Below are positions 28,187 to 41,300 of a DNA stretch of 64,000 nucleotides, one piece after another (position 1 is the first letter of the stretch; the number at the start of each line of letters is the position of its first letter). The DNA is taken from positions 17,803,045-17,867,044 of the forward strand of contig NC_092680.1 of NCBI RefSeq assembly GCF_964355755.1, given 5' to 3'. The notes beneath the pieces are model-generated. The model had not been told where the DNA came from. It ran no database searches and saw only the letters and a program-made list of their open reading frames with translations. A program made the translations under genes and the position numbers. The stretch comes from Antedon mediterranea. Lineage: Eukaryota > Animalia > Echinodermata.

Positions 28187-29344
28187 TCACACGCCCTTGC
28201 GGGTTTCTTGCCATTTTCTCGGTTATCAGTCAGTAAAATTACATTACAGTAAAATTATCTAACTTACCTACAATCCCTGGTGCATATTTAAATTATTATC
28301 AGGTTTAAATGTGAATACTGCCTACACATAATTTACATATATACCAGGCTATGGAGACAAATAATTAATTATTCATATATATTAATATTCAATATTAAAA
28401 TAAGTTTGTGTTTCTATTCCACACCCTTGTTTTTATATTACCTTTTTACTTGAAATACTTCTGTGGATCTATTGGTATTTTAAATGCACTATAAATATTA
28501 TGATTGATAAACATATTTTTAATACCTTTAGATAATATATTAATACCAATATTAAACATAATAATCTGCTTATTCATAATACTGTATAATTATTTTAACT
28601 GAGATTTGCCACAGTATAAATAAATACCGAAATATTAATATTTTTAAAGTTTTAACTTTTGAAAAAGCTAAATGAATGAAAATGTTTAATTTATGAAACA
28701 AAATTGATAAACTATTATGTTTGGTAACTAGCACACTAAGACAAATTATCTTATTCTGATAAAACAGAAACAGAATTTAACCAACATACAGTAAAAATCT
28801 TTTTTTGGTGTGTAGTGTATCATCAAAATTGGCGTGTTCAAAGTAAAATACAAAATAAAGAAGATTTTGAAAGTAAATTCTAAATTAAATTTTAACTTTC
28901 AACCCAATGATAAATATTTCCAAGGTATTTACTATGAGGCATTTTCATTTAAATTTCTTGTATCACCTGTATTATCTGCAATATGCAAATAATGTATGTA
29001 AATTCCACATCTAATTTTAAATCTAATTAAAATCTGGATATACTAAAATTATATTTATTATATACTGTAGCTATGATATATAAAGGAACTATTACTAAAG
29101 GCCAGTCTTTTCCATGCCAAGCACACATTTTACTTTTTTTGGTGGCAGGTTTCCTTGCTTTTTTTGTGTCAAAAACATGCTTAAACCCTGTTAACTGAGG
29201 GTGCTTTGAATTAGGTCAGTTTGTTCCAATTATTGGTGCCTGTATACTATGTGTTCCTCTTCTGGTAACTACTTTTATTGAAAAAACATGGAACACAATT
29301 ACTCTTTGTTTTGATTTTCATCCATTGGGAAATTAAGTTGTTGG

Positions 29345-32300
29345 TTATTTTTTCTTTAACTTGACACCATCACCTTTTAACCCCTCTGGACGTAGTTCTC
29401 GATATTGTAGCTGTAGTAAAAAAAAAAAAACAATACCTTATGTTGATGTATAACATTTTAATGGATATATTGAATCAAAATACATAATCAAAAACCATAC
29501 AGGTTCTTGTCAGATTACCAAAATTACTGTAAGTAACATTTGGACTTGTAGAGAATTTAGATGGGAGTTTTCCATAGTCTATATTGTAGTAAATATTTTA
29601 ATAAATTATACATACAATCATTTATGTCATTAACAGAAAATCAGCTACAATTAATGCCATGCGTGGGCAATATAACAAAATATGAAAATATAATATGGGT
29701 ACAATAGGGTTATTGTACTGACACACTTTTCGACCTCAGAGTCTCAACCCCTGCATTGCCAGAGCCAGGTAATCTTAAGCTCTGTCTACACTATCAAACT
29801 AGTTTGACAAAAAAAGTGTGATGTGCCCAAATATGGTAGTGATATGACATCATCGAAGTCCATATATGGGCACATCACATTTTGTGGTCATAGAATATGA
29901 AGTTTGATAGTGTAGACAGAGTGTTATTACCCAGATATGTTTTTATATCAATATAATATATTAATTTGAAGTGTTAATGTTATTACCAAAAAAAATATTA
30001 ATCTGGGAAGGCACTGAATGCAAATCTCAGAGTTATCGAAAAAAGGCTGTCACATATGGTAGTGACGGCATTACCATAAAACTCTATGCACTTACTGCAA
30101 GCAAGGAAATCTAACAACAGGACGCTGAGCTCGCCTTACCAAGATAGGAACTCGTAACAGTCCTTTGATCTTATGTCTGGCTGCGACAAATACCAACACA
30201 GTACTGTACTATGTACATATTTTCTGCGGCGTACAGTGTCTGTTAAAGGGCGTGGAACTGGTCGTGTCGCAGCCACAGATAAACCCTTTGATATCCGGAG
30301 CTCACTATCCTGTTGTTAAATTGCCTTGCTGCAAAGCATGTACTTACTAATTCATCATCTGAAGGCACTCTTGATAGAAAGTCTAATAACTCATTATTAT
30401 TAATTGCATGAGGAGCTCTTAACTTCTTAGTAAATTTATTAATACCTGCAATTAGAAACAAATATAAAACTTAATTGTGACATCATTGATAGAGGTATGT
30501 CAAAAGATGCTTTTCATCCATTCTTAGGCATCAGTGGCCGTGTGCACCATTGACACCTATGTGAGATTTTTCACTTAAGTAAATAAATAAAGTATTTCCC
30601 TTAAATTTCATTCACTTAGATAGGAGATTTTGTAATTTTGTTTTACAAGTGTGAATGGAAAAAAATGGAAAAAGCTATAGTTTATAGTTGTGAATTGGTG
30701 GTATTATTTGGTAAAGTCGGATTAGGGAATATATCAAAATTACTTTACTGCAGTTACTGCAGTAACTCAATTTCTTTCTGCAATAATGTAATGTATGATA
30801 TTAGTTTGTTTCAATGAATGTAGGCATTCAAATGAGGCAATCACTGCATTGAACAGTTTAAAAGATTTACAAAACACTAAATGAATATTAAAAGTTGTTT
30901 CACTTACCCCATGCCATAAGGAGGTATCGTAAAGGAATTAAATATAATACCATGGTAACAATACACAGGATAAAGATGAGCAGGAAGGACAACCATGGAA
31001 CAGTAAAATTAAATGTACTGAAAAAATAGAAAATAATAGCAATATTATTGACTTATATTGAATATTATACAATACTGCCGGTAAACGCAAGGCCATTACA
31101 TTTTTTGTGTACAGTATGTAGAGAAGTGCATGTTCTGTTTGGGAACCTTTGATTGATCGTTCTTCACGACGTTATTTTATTTGTACTTGCATTCAATACA
31201 TAGTCATTTTTTTATTTAAAAAAAAAGGAATAAGACATGGCTTTTAAATTTAGCCCCAGCCTAAATTCGCGCTTGTTTTGTCCCATTTGTCATTCATTCT
31301 CAACTTTGCATGAACCATCCTTATATGGGTGGGGTAAATCCAGTGGCGTAACGGCCATGAGCGCTCACTGGCTAAACACAGGGGCCCTGGAGCTTATGGG
31401 AATCCATGAGCAGTTCCCACAGGAAAAAACAGGCATTAAAATATGCTGAAAAGGCTAAAAATGCACGAGGCCTCCAGCATTTGAACTTGGAGGGTGACTT
31501 AGGTTTCCTAAACCAGGGGCCTCAGGCCTCTGCGTTACGCCACTGGGTCAATCATAGAGTTCACAGTTCATCAACTTACTTTTTTACCCTTTCCCCGAGA
31601 CATGCGATATCATCTAACGTATTCTGAATTGTCTGACATACTTTCTCTATAATATTTAACTTTTCCCTAAAGCTTTTCTTTTCTTCCTGAAAAAAAAAGA
31701 AGATGCATAACATTATTTTTTTAAGAACTTTAAACAAAATATTATAATTAAAATAAAATATACTATGTATTTATTGTGTATAAGATATATATTCAAATTA
31801 AATGCAATACTGTACAACCATTTATTCCTTCATTGTATAACAAAGTTAATTTCAACATATGAACTATTTATAATTATTATTTTAACAAATAAACCAAAGC
31901 ATCGAATATTAATACAATTGATACAAATAATACATAAACTCACAAGTATATACATATTAATAAATATAAACAGTAGTAAACAATTGTCTTATGTTCTAGC
32001 CTTTATAAATATATGTCAACATACAATACCATAAATAATAATGCGAATAAAGAATAATAGTAATGATTTTTAATACTATTGTAAACATGAGTCAAGCTAG
32101 TTCCCCATCCAAGGTATTTTGGCGTTGATGAAATTGTCATGAAAAGGAGCGGCCTAAGGTAAAATTGTTTATGAAAGCCAAGATAAATTTCATTTCAGGA
32201 AGTATTACCTCAAGCCACGGAAATTTGTGTGAAACTAGCCTACTACCTATAAATATATATATATGTATATTAAATGAAGATATGCCATTGAAATATTTTG

Positions 32301-35300
32301 TAATTTATAAAGCTCTGTCTACACTATCAATTTAGTTTGACAAAAAAAGTGTGCCCAAATATGGTAGTGATATGCTCAAATATGTTAGTGATATAACATC
32401 ATGTCCTCCATATATGGGCACATCACATAAAGTTTGATAGTGTAGACAAGGCAACAACTTTTAATACAAACCCAGATTGGGATCTACCTCAATATAAAGC
32501 TTGCAACATTTTTATCAAGTGCATTGAAAATGCTTTTAAAATGTGTTATATCATAATATTATGGATAATAAAGGTTTATGAGAAATGTAAGAATAAAAGC
32601 AAATACAAATAAACACAATTGAAATTTGAAACCAAACAAATATTATTATAAATGAGTAATATTTCTAAATTAATTTAAAATATTCAATTAAATGAAAGAA
32701 GAGACAAAGTACGAAAAATGAAATTCAGTTGCAAAGCAAAATTAAAGAAAATTATAAAATTCATTTGCCAAAATAAAATGACTTAATTTATGATAAACTT
32801 ATATATGTGCAATTTCCATAAACAACAGTGTTAATTATTAACCCTTTCATGAATTTTATTGTTTTTTTTTATTGTAATTTCTGTTTTTTCTGCTGTAAAT
32901 AATTGGTTGTTTATATATCAATGAGATCCTTTGTGGTTTTTTATTATGTTTTTTACTGTAGTCTGTATATAATAATATTTTTAAATTTTATATATCAATG
33001 TTTTTCTCTTTGAAATTTTATATTAATGTTATATTTGTAACAAACTCGCAATTCAATTTTTTTTGGCCAAAGAGGATTTCTAGTAGAAGTATAGCCACGT
33101 ATGAGACCAAAAAATCTGCCCTATATGTGTGAGTGTTGACAGGTCTACACCCTCTATTTTCATAGTTTTTCCAACTGCAAAAACCCATGAAGAAGTATTG
33201 TATTTGGCTAAATTGGGTATAGATTTTAATCCAAGTAACAGTGGGTGCCACCATAACTACTGACATTTTAGGCCTCAAACATTATTGTTAACATGTTGTA
33301 ATTATGAAATTATCAGATAGACAATAGAATTTTGGATATTAGGTTTTATTAGCCATGAAAGACAGATACAAATCGGAAAGACAGATACAAATCGGAAAGA
33401 CAGATACAAATTGGAAAGACAGATACAAATCGGAAAGACAGATACAAATCTGAAAGACAGATACAAATCGGAAAGTATATGTATGAACAATCAAAGTTGT
33501 GAATTTCTGGGAGATGTTGTGTTAAGTTCTACATCTTTCACAAATTATAGAAAACCTGGTGATGCCCATGCTATAGCACTGAAAACTATTTAATTTGTGG
33601 GAAATTAAATTCTGTGCAATATTTGAAATATTCTAGGTCATAAACATAGCAATTTCCTAAAATAAAAGGAGACCCACAAATACAATCAAATGGATTAATG
33701 GAGTATAATTGTGCTGTGTTCATATCGATCGTGCGTGTGGCGTAGTTTGTTTGGTGTTGGACTTTCTTATTGCGGGATCAAGAGTTGTCCTAGTTTGTTG
33801 TTTGCCTCACTTGACTCAGGTGTAATGGTACCTGGTATGGCCTAACTGGAACAATCTAACAATTGCATAGACTACTAGCTGCAGAATTATGGAAGCCAGC
33901 TATATGTTTGATCTAATGACCAAGATAATGTGAAGAGCTTAGAAATTTGAGCATTAAGCACCAAGATTGACATATTGGAGGTTCATAGAACTACATAATT
34001 GGAGCATTGTAGTAATATCATATTTTGGCAATAAGCTAAAGTTAGTCAAGGCAACTATTACATGACTCAACATTGATGAAAAAAAAGTCGAAACAAAACA
34101 AAATAGTAAAGACGTTTCACTACACATACTGTATAGGAAAAATTAATATAGTGAAATATTTATGCATGAAATGAAATGCAATATTTGTTTTAAAAATATA
34201 AAGAAACATGTATTTGCAAGAAAAGGAAATGGACGAGTGAACCCTTACCTTATTCTTCTTTGACTAGGAATAAACAAATACAAACAAACACAAGTCACAT
34301 GATGCCTCAAAACTATAAATCGTGCATGTGGAAATTTGACTAAACTTAAGTTGGTTTACATCATAAGTTTAAAATCTGGTTCATTTAATTACCACAAATA
34401 ATCACAAATAATCACAAATATTTGCACTTTTTTTAGTGTTTTATGTGTGAATATAACTATTTGTGATATTTATAAATTTTAGAATAAAGGATTTTATGAA
34501 GGGTGAAAACAATATTAGTGGGAGGGGGAATAATTTGAAACTTTTCATCAAAACAGGAGAACATATTTGGTGACTGTGCATTTCATTCACAATCACATTG
34601 TTTACATTAATGTGTGTTTACTCATGCATTAATCTACCTCATGCATATTCAATACATTATTTGCATATTCATGACTTACCTTTGAATCTTTATCATCGTC
34701 GTCATCGTCATCTTCACTGTCTGCATATTCCTAAAATTGACAAAATATTTTTATTTAGCAAAACTATTATTATTAAGAATTAAATAATATAATAACAGTA
34801 AATATTTTGGGTAAAATAAAAAATTACTATGAAGGATGTAATAAATAGTATTTGTGATAAAAATGAATGAAGATGGCCACTATGATATCTATGTATTGTG
34901 ATGAATATAATATCTATTTTTTATGTTTTTAATAATGTAATATTATTGAGACAGTATTACAAATCTGTCAAAACAGAACTGTGAATTATCTGACTGTTGC
35001 TTACTAGATAGTATACTGTTCAGAAGGCATGTTTTGTTTGTATGGTATGGGATATGATATGATTAATATACAGCGTTCACATGTCTTGTGTCGCCCTCGT
35101 GCTGTTTTGATCGGCTCACAAGCGGTTTCACCCAGCGAACGACTGTTCAAGTGCGGATCTATCGAGAGCGACCCACGAAAGACAACGTATATATTGATTG
35201 ATTCAGCGCTGTATTTTTTACAGCTGTGTTTATATATGAATTTGATGTATGCAAATAAACAGTATGGACAAAAATGTTTCTGCCTATCATTACCATAAAT

Positions 35301-38300
35301 GGAATTTTGTTTGTTTACTTTGATGTAAAATAAAAGTCGATTTCATTTGCTAAATTGCATATTGTCAATAAAATAGAATATATAAATTAATTTACCATTT
35401 TTTAAGTCAGTAAAGTTATAGAAATTGTCAAAAGGAAAATGATTTCTTGGTTTAATGATACAATTGATAAAAATTGGCAAAAACAACATTGCTGTTAAGA
35501 TAGAAATGGTTACAGAATTAAATCAGAATGTTTAAGAAAAATGAAAATAGCAGCGTGAAGTGATGCTATATTGTTCACATTTCAAGAAACGAGTTGTACA
35601 TAGTAACATAATAGATGAATAAGATTGATGGTACAGAATAAAGATAAAGATCCACATCGTTAATGTTAGCTAGAATGAAAGGGAAAACATGCTCATTAAA
35701 CAATTACTGCCGACACTCACAGACACCTCAGGTGAGAGAGACTTCTTTGCCTTTTTCCTTTTCTTTTTCCCCTGGAAGCAATAAACATGCAGATCCCAAT
35801 ACAACAGTTAAAAACACACAAGCACTATATACTACAGTTTTCATTCTTCATATCACATACACTCCTAAAATTTGATATAAGTGACCCATCTGCCGCAAAA
35901 GTAGTGGAGCTGTAGCTTGGTGGTTAACATGCTTGCCTTCCAATCCAAAGGTCCTGGGTTCCATCCTGACCTAGTGTCAGGGTTGTGCGACTTAGTTTAT
36001 AAGCATGATAAATTATTAAATAGTTTATCCATGCATCCCTGTAATTGGCTAGTTTGTGCTCGCTGTTGGAAGCGTATGAAATAAAAATTGTGCAATTGTT
36101 TTGGATATACTAAAAACATCCTGATAGTGTAGGTTGAATACTGGCCTACATGGACAGAATCACTAAAGATATTGTACATAATGTAACTGTGAAAAACTAT
36201 TGGCACTATTCTGATTACAAAATACTCAGATGACATGTTGATTAAACCATGGAGAAAAAACTCCTCCATGATTAAACAAATATACATATGGGGCAATTTC
36301 TTAATATGTGATATGGAGAATTCAGCCACACGCATTAGACAAATGTTAGAATTAAATGTTGAAAGACAATACACTATATATAGTACTGTAGTTGTAAAGC
36401 TATATTAGGATAGCTGAGCTAGATTTAAAATGGTTGTAAATACTTCAACCTATAATTAATTTTATTAACTCTAATGATTCCTTTAATTTTAAGCATGATG
36501 AAAAATTAGTTGAATTAGTTGTATTTGAACCTACTATGGGATTATTTAGGGACGACCTCAATTATTATTCTACTGCAATTACTGCAGTAACTACATATTT
36601 GTTTTGTCTGTTTAATGCAATTATTTAGCAACCCAAGGTTTTTACTGTTCATTGCACTGACACTGCCTCATAAACTTTTACTGAAAAAACTAAAATCATC
36701 AGCAAGTTACTGCAGTCAAAATATGTAGTTTTACTGCAGTAATGATCCCTTTAAGTGTAAAATATTTTTTTAAATATTAATTCTTAAAGAAATAATAGTT
36801 CATGCAAACATTAATATGTATATTGTGCAACACATTTTGTGCCAGTATACTGTAGTACATTTATAATAAAATAATTATATTAATTAACCATGGCATAGAT
36901 ATTAAGCATGCAGAGTATATATCTACTATTAGAAATACATTAAAATGACGACAATATAGATTAACAGAAGTAAATATTATACAATACTTACATCTTCCTC
37001 TACATTCTTAGTAAATGGTGCAATTATACTATTAATAAGATATTTCCAGAAGAAGATGAGGAGGATAGCCATGGGTACCATATACAGCTCAAAGTTCCAT
37101 ACTATCACAAGATATGCCTAATAAATAAATATATAATCATGATGTCTCATGTAAACACAGGCTTGAATTTCAACTTTGAAATAACATGTTTTTGTCCGAT
37201 AAACTTGTTTATTCCAACAATGGCATTGTAATGTAATTAATATATAAGATATATAATTATTAAGTGTTATAAATTCATAACTAATGTATAGGCAAGCTGA
37301 AAGCAGTGACGTAATGCAGAGACCCGCGGCCCCTGGTTTAGCGGCTCTCCAATGCTGGAGACCTCTGCCATTTTGAGCTATTTTCTTTTTAGCCTCTTTA
37401 TTTTAATGCATGTTTTCTTCCTCTGGGCCCTGCTCAGGGGTCCTGTAAGCTCCGGAGCACCTGGGTTTAGCCAGTGAGCACTCATAGCTTAAATGTATCC
37501 TAAACTCATTAATTAATAAATATGACATATTTTTCAATGTTCTTACAATGAATGCTGTAAGACTTCTTGGTTTACTTTCCCATTGAAAGCAACTGTTGAT
37601 GAACTTCCCTGTGTCAATGATGTTTCCAACAAGTTTGGTTACACGATTTACATTACGTTGTAATACCTGTAAAAGGTTACACAAAAAAGCACTCATTATT
37701 CAAGTCATAAACATTTCAATTATTATACAGTAATTAATTCTAAAAGTAACTGTACAAAGTAGCTGATGCACTCCAAATTTGGAAATTGGGATGATATTAC
37801 ATGTACTGTATACAAGTTACACATGATGTACAGCATTAGACCATTTCAACATGTGCCCATGAGCATTAACAGGAAAGTACCTACCAATGGCACAAAACAT
37901 AGCAGAGCCTATATCAGATTTACTGGAGACAATAGGATCCTTTGCTCTTTTCCTGTATTGCTCTCTTTTTCTGGTAATAGACAGGAGAGTTTTATGTCCC
38001 ACCTGAATGTACAAGCAGGCCCTAACTAATTGCCATGTAACGGGTGTAGCAATGATGCAAATTTATCATTAATTAAAATTGTAGGCATGTATAGATACCG
38101 GACTTATATATAATATTATGTGTAACTCACTGAGATCTTAAATTTCTGGTCAACTTCCATGTACTTGGTTTCACGTGGGTTTACAGTTCGAATTGCACCT
38201 TTAATCTAAAAATACAAATAGAAATTAAACAATTACAGTAAATCTAAGTGTTATTTCTAAATTATTCTGCTGCAGTTTTACTAAATGTATGGTTTCAGTT

Positions 38301-41300
38301 TATTTCAATGTAGACAAGTTATATTAAGGCAGTAGCTGCAATTTAACAGTCTATGATTATCAAAAAAGCTTGCCAAATAATTTGAAAACAGGTTAAAGTA
38401 TAAACAAAAGGTAGGCAACTGCAAGATTGATTGGACATACAGTATCCTTAATGTAATTGAAAATTAAGTTTCTGTTTTTTTCATATTTGCTAAAACAAAA
38501 ACGAAAAAAAAAATGTTTATTTTTCATTTAAAATAACATTTACACGTACATGGTTGAAGATGAACTCCATTTCAAGTAGAAGAGCTCCTTTGACCCTTGA
38601 CCTTAATTTCTTGTCCTTCAGTGAGTAGAATTTTCTTTCTCCATTTTTAATCTAAAATATGAACATACAGTAAGTACATGAATAACTATACTTAGTGGTT
38701 GAATTGTTTGTATTTGCCCTTTGACCTACTGTACTCCTACAGACTTCACTGAGCAGATAGATTAAATTTGTTTAATTGATTTTCCATAAGTAAATGTAAC
38801 TGATATTTGTTTTGCCTTGGTAAAGAGCATTCACACAGCACATTGTGTTAGGAATGTACAGTATTGTAAAACATGCATTAATCTCTAGATTATTCATAAA
38901 TTCATAGGTCCAAGGTTAAATAAAATATTATATATAGTTAAAATTAAAGATATATGATATCAGAAATATCAAAAAATATATATAATACAAGTATATCCAC
39001 CTGTAGTATATATAGTATCATATCATGCGTAAACATAACATTAAAACTATATTTTTATATACTATAAACTGTATTTAATGTATATGTATTTTTATTTGCT
39101 TACATTTAATAATGGTATTGCTATTTTGCCTAAGAACTCTGGACTACCATGTTTATCTTCATCATACACTGTGATCTCAAGAACTGAGTGGATGTCCTTT
39201 ACATTGCTAAAAGGAAACAATAAAAGAAAGATTATTGCCATTACTATTGTTTGTTTGTTTGTTTGTTCTATCTTTATACTGGGTGACCTCTTCAGTCAAA
39301 GACTGATCTCCCAGAGGGCCCAGTTGGTGATCAGTGGCTGTGATGTACTAATACACTGGGGTAACCCCCTACTCGTCTCAAAAGATGTACTAGGTTCTTT
39401 AAAGTGCACACGAGCAAGTTGTAGTGTACTGAAAATAATAGTTTTTACTCTTTTTTTGGGAAATTTCAATTGACCTTAACATGTTGTCCCATTGTGAGTG
39501 TTAAAAATTGGTAATAGCGAATCAGAACAATTACATTACAGTAAGAAATATTGCCTCCATGGTATAACCCTTTCACAATAAACACTGTGATCAAAATCAA
39601 AGTGTATCTGGAGCACACCATTCATATTAAGTAGAAACTAGAACCCCGGCCCATTGCACATCAATTAAGCAAATAATTAAGGCACTTAAAATACAATTAA
39701 TTAATGATTGTCTGAGGTGACCGTCTGATCCTAAACAACACCTGCGTTTAGAGCCGTATCTTTCACATTCTGTCCCTTGTATGTCTCAGTACATTTCCAA
39801 AATATGAAGAGCAGATTGCAGATTGCACACCATATAAAAACACTGTGTGTGTGAATTCTGGAGTTCCTTCAGAGTGTTGAAGGCAATGTGAATAGGGTTT
39901 TACTCTATCTATTTTAATATGTGTTGATAATTTGCATACTCACAATGTGAACACCTTTCCCCAGTCTGGATTCAGCGTCTTATAAATCGTTTGAGTTTGA
40001 AGCCGGGTATTTACCAACTCAAGAACACAAAATGGATCACTTTTTCCTGAAAACAATTTTATGCGTATTTTATTATACGTAAGAGATTCATTGAATTATT
40101 ATTGACAAAACTATAAGAAAAAAAGTAACCAGTTTGGTACAAGCTGGTAAAACATCTATAGAAATCAGCGAAGAATAAAATCTGCCAAGAACAGACAATC
40201 AAAGAAACAAACAAACCACTGTACAATTTTAAAAACCTCTTAAAACACTTTTTCTTGAGTAACTCCTCTCACTGTTTCTATGAAGCACTTTAATCATTTT
40301 GACAATAATAATATTTAAATAATGAGCATAATATTTCAACAAGTTCAATCTCACGGCTTTGGAACCTTTATCTAGGGCTTCATTAGCCCATGAGATTATG
40401 AGCTCTAATTGTATTCTACACAGAAAGCACAGGGGAAATCATGCCATTCTAGGTGCATTCACTGTCGTTTACTCAATGCATATTTATTCAAACAAAATGG
40501 CTATAAAATTTAACAAAGTCGCTCGATTAACTATACTGTTATTAATACAACATCCTATTAGTACACACTTTGTCAGATGGGACAATCATTTTGTGATATT
40601 AATTGCTAATTATAACCACTTATGATAAAAATTAGCATTTAAATGCTATCGGTTGCCTGACAAAACTCTTTCTACTACATAATATCCATTATCATATGCA
40701 TTTTATATTAGCATTTCTTAACAAGTAATTTGAGCGATGAATTTTCATAAAAATAATGATCTCAAAGTTCAAATGTAAGGGTTTACCTCCTAAATCTGCT
40801 GCTGTCAAGTTTTGTGCTCTAATGACTGAAATAGAAAAAAACATAATTATGCATAAAACGTTAATATAATGAATTGATATTGGCATGTAAGGTCAAAGGT
40901 CACTTTTTAATACTGTTACTACAAGTTGTGAAATCATTTCAGAGGACACAGTTAGTGGTGACAAGAAAGATGGCTTCAACAATTATGCACAAAACGTTTA
41001 TATAATGAATTGATATTGGCATGTAAGGTCAAAGGTCACTGTTTAATACTGTTACTACAAGTTGTGAAATCATTTCAGAGGAAAGTTAGTGGCGACAAGA
41101 AAGATGGCTTCAACAATTATGCACAAAACGTTTATATAATGAATTGATATTGGCATGTAAGGTCAAAGGTCACTGTTTAATACTGTTACTACAAGTTGTG
41201 AAATCATTTCAGAGGACACAGTTAGTGGTGACAAGAAAGATGGCTTCAAGAAAAGAAATTAAGTAACATTGTACAATATATATATTATAATGAGCTCTGT

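Noticed and set aside
25190-29344. Long (~4 kb) MCTP 3'UTR ending near 25190
   Set aside because: Many possible AATAAA signals exist on the minus strand, so the end cannot be fixed without transcript data.
30096-30347. In-frame 84-codon exon extension rescued by readthrough or editing
   Set aside because: There are at least two in-frame TAA stops in the extension.
35905-35975. tRNA gene
   Set aside because: A/B boxes are present, but there is no convincing acceptor stem, and a diverged copy with the same 3' extension exists at about 7000, so it is a SINE head.
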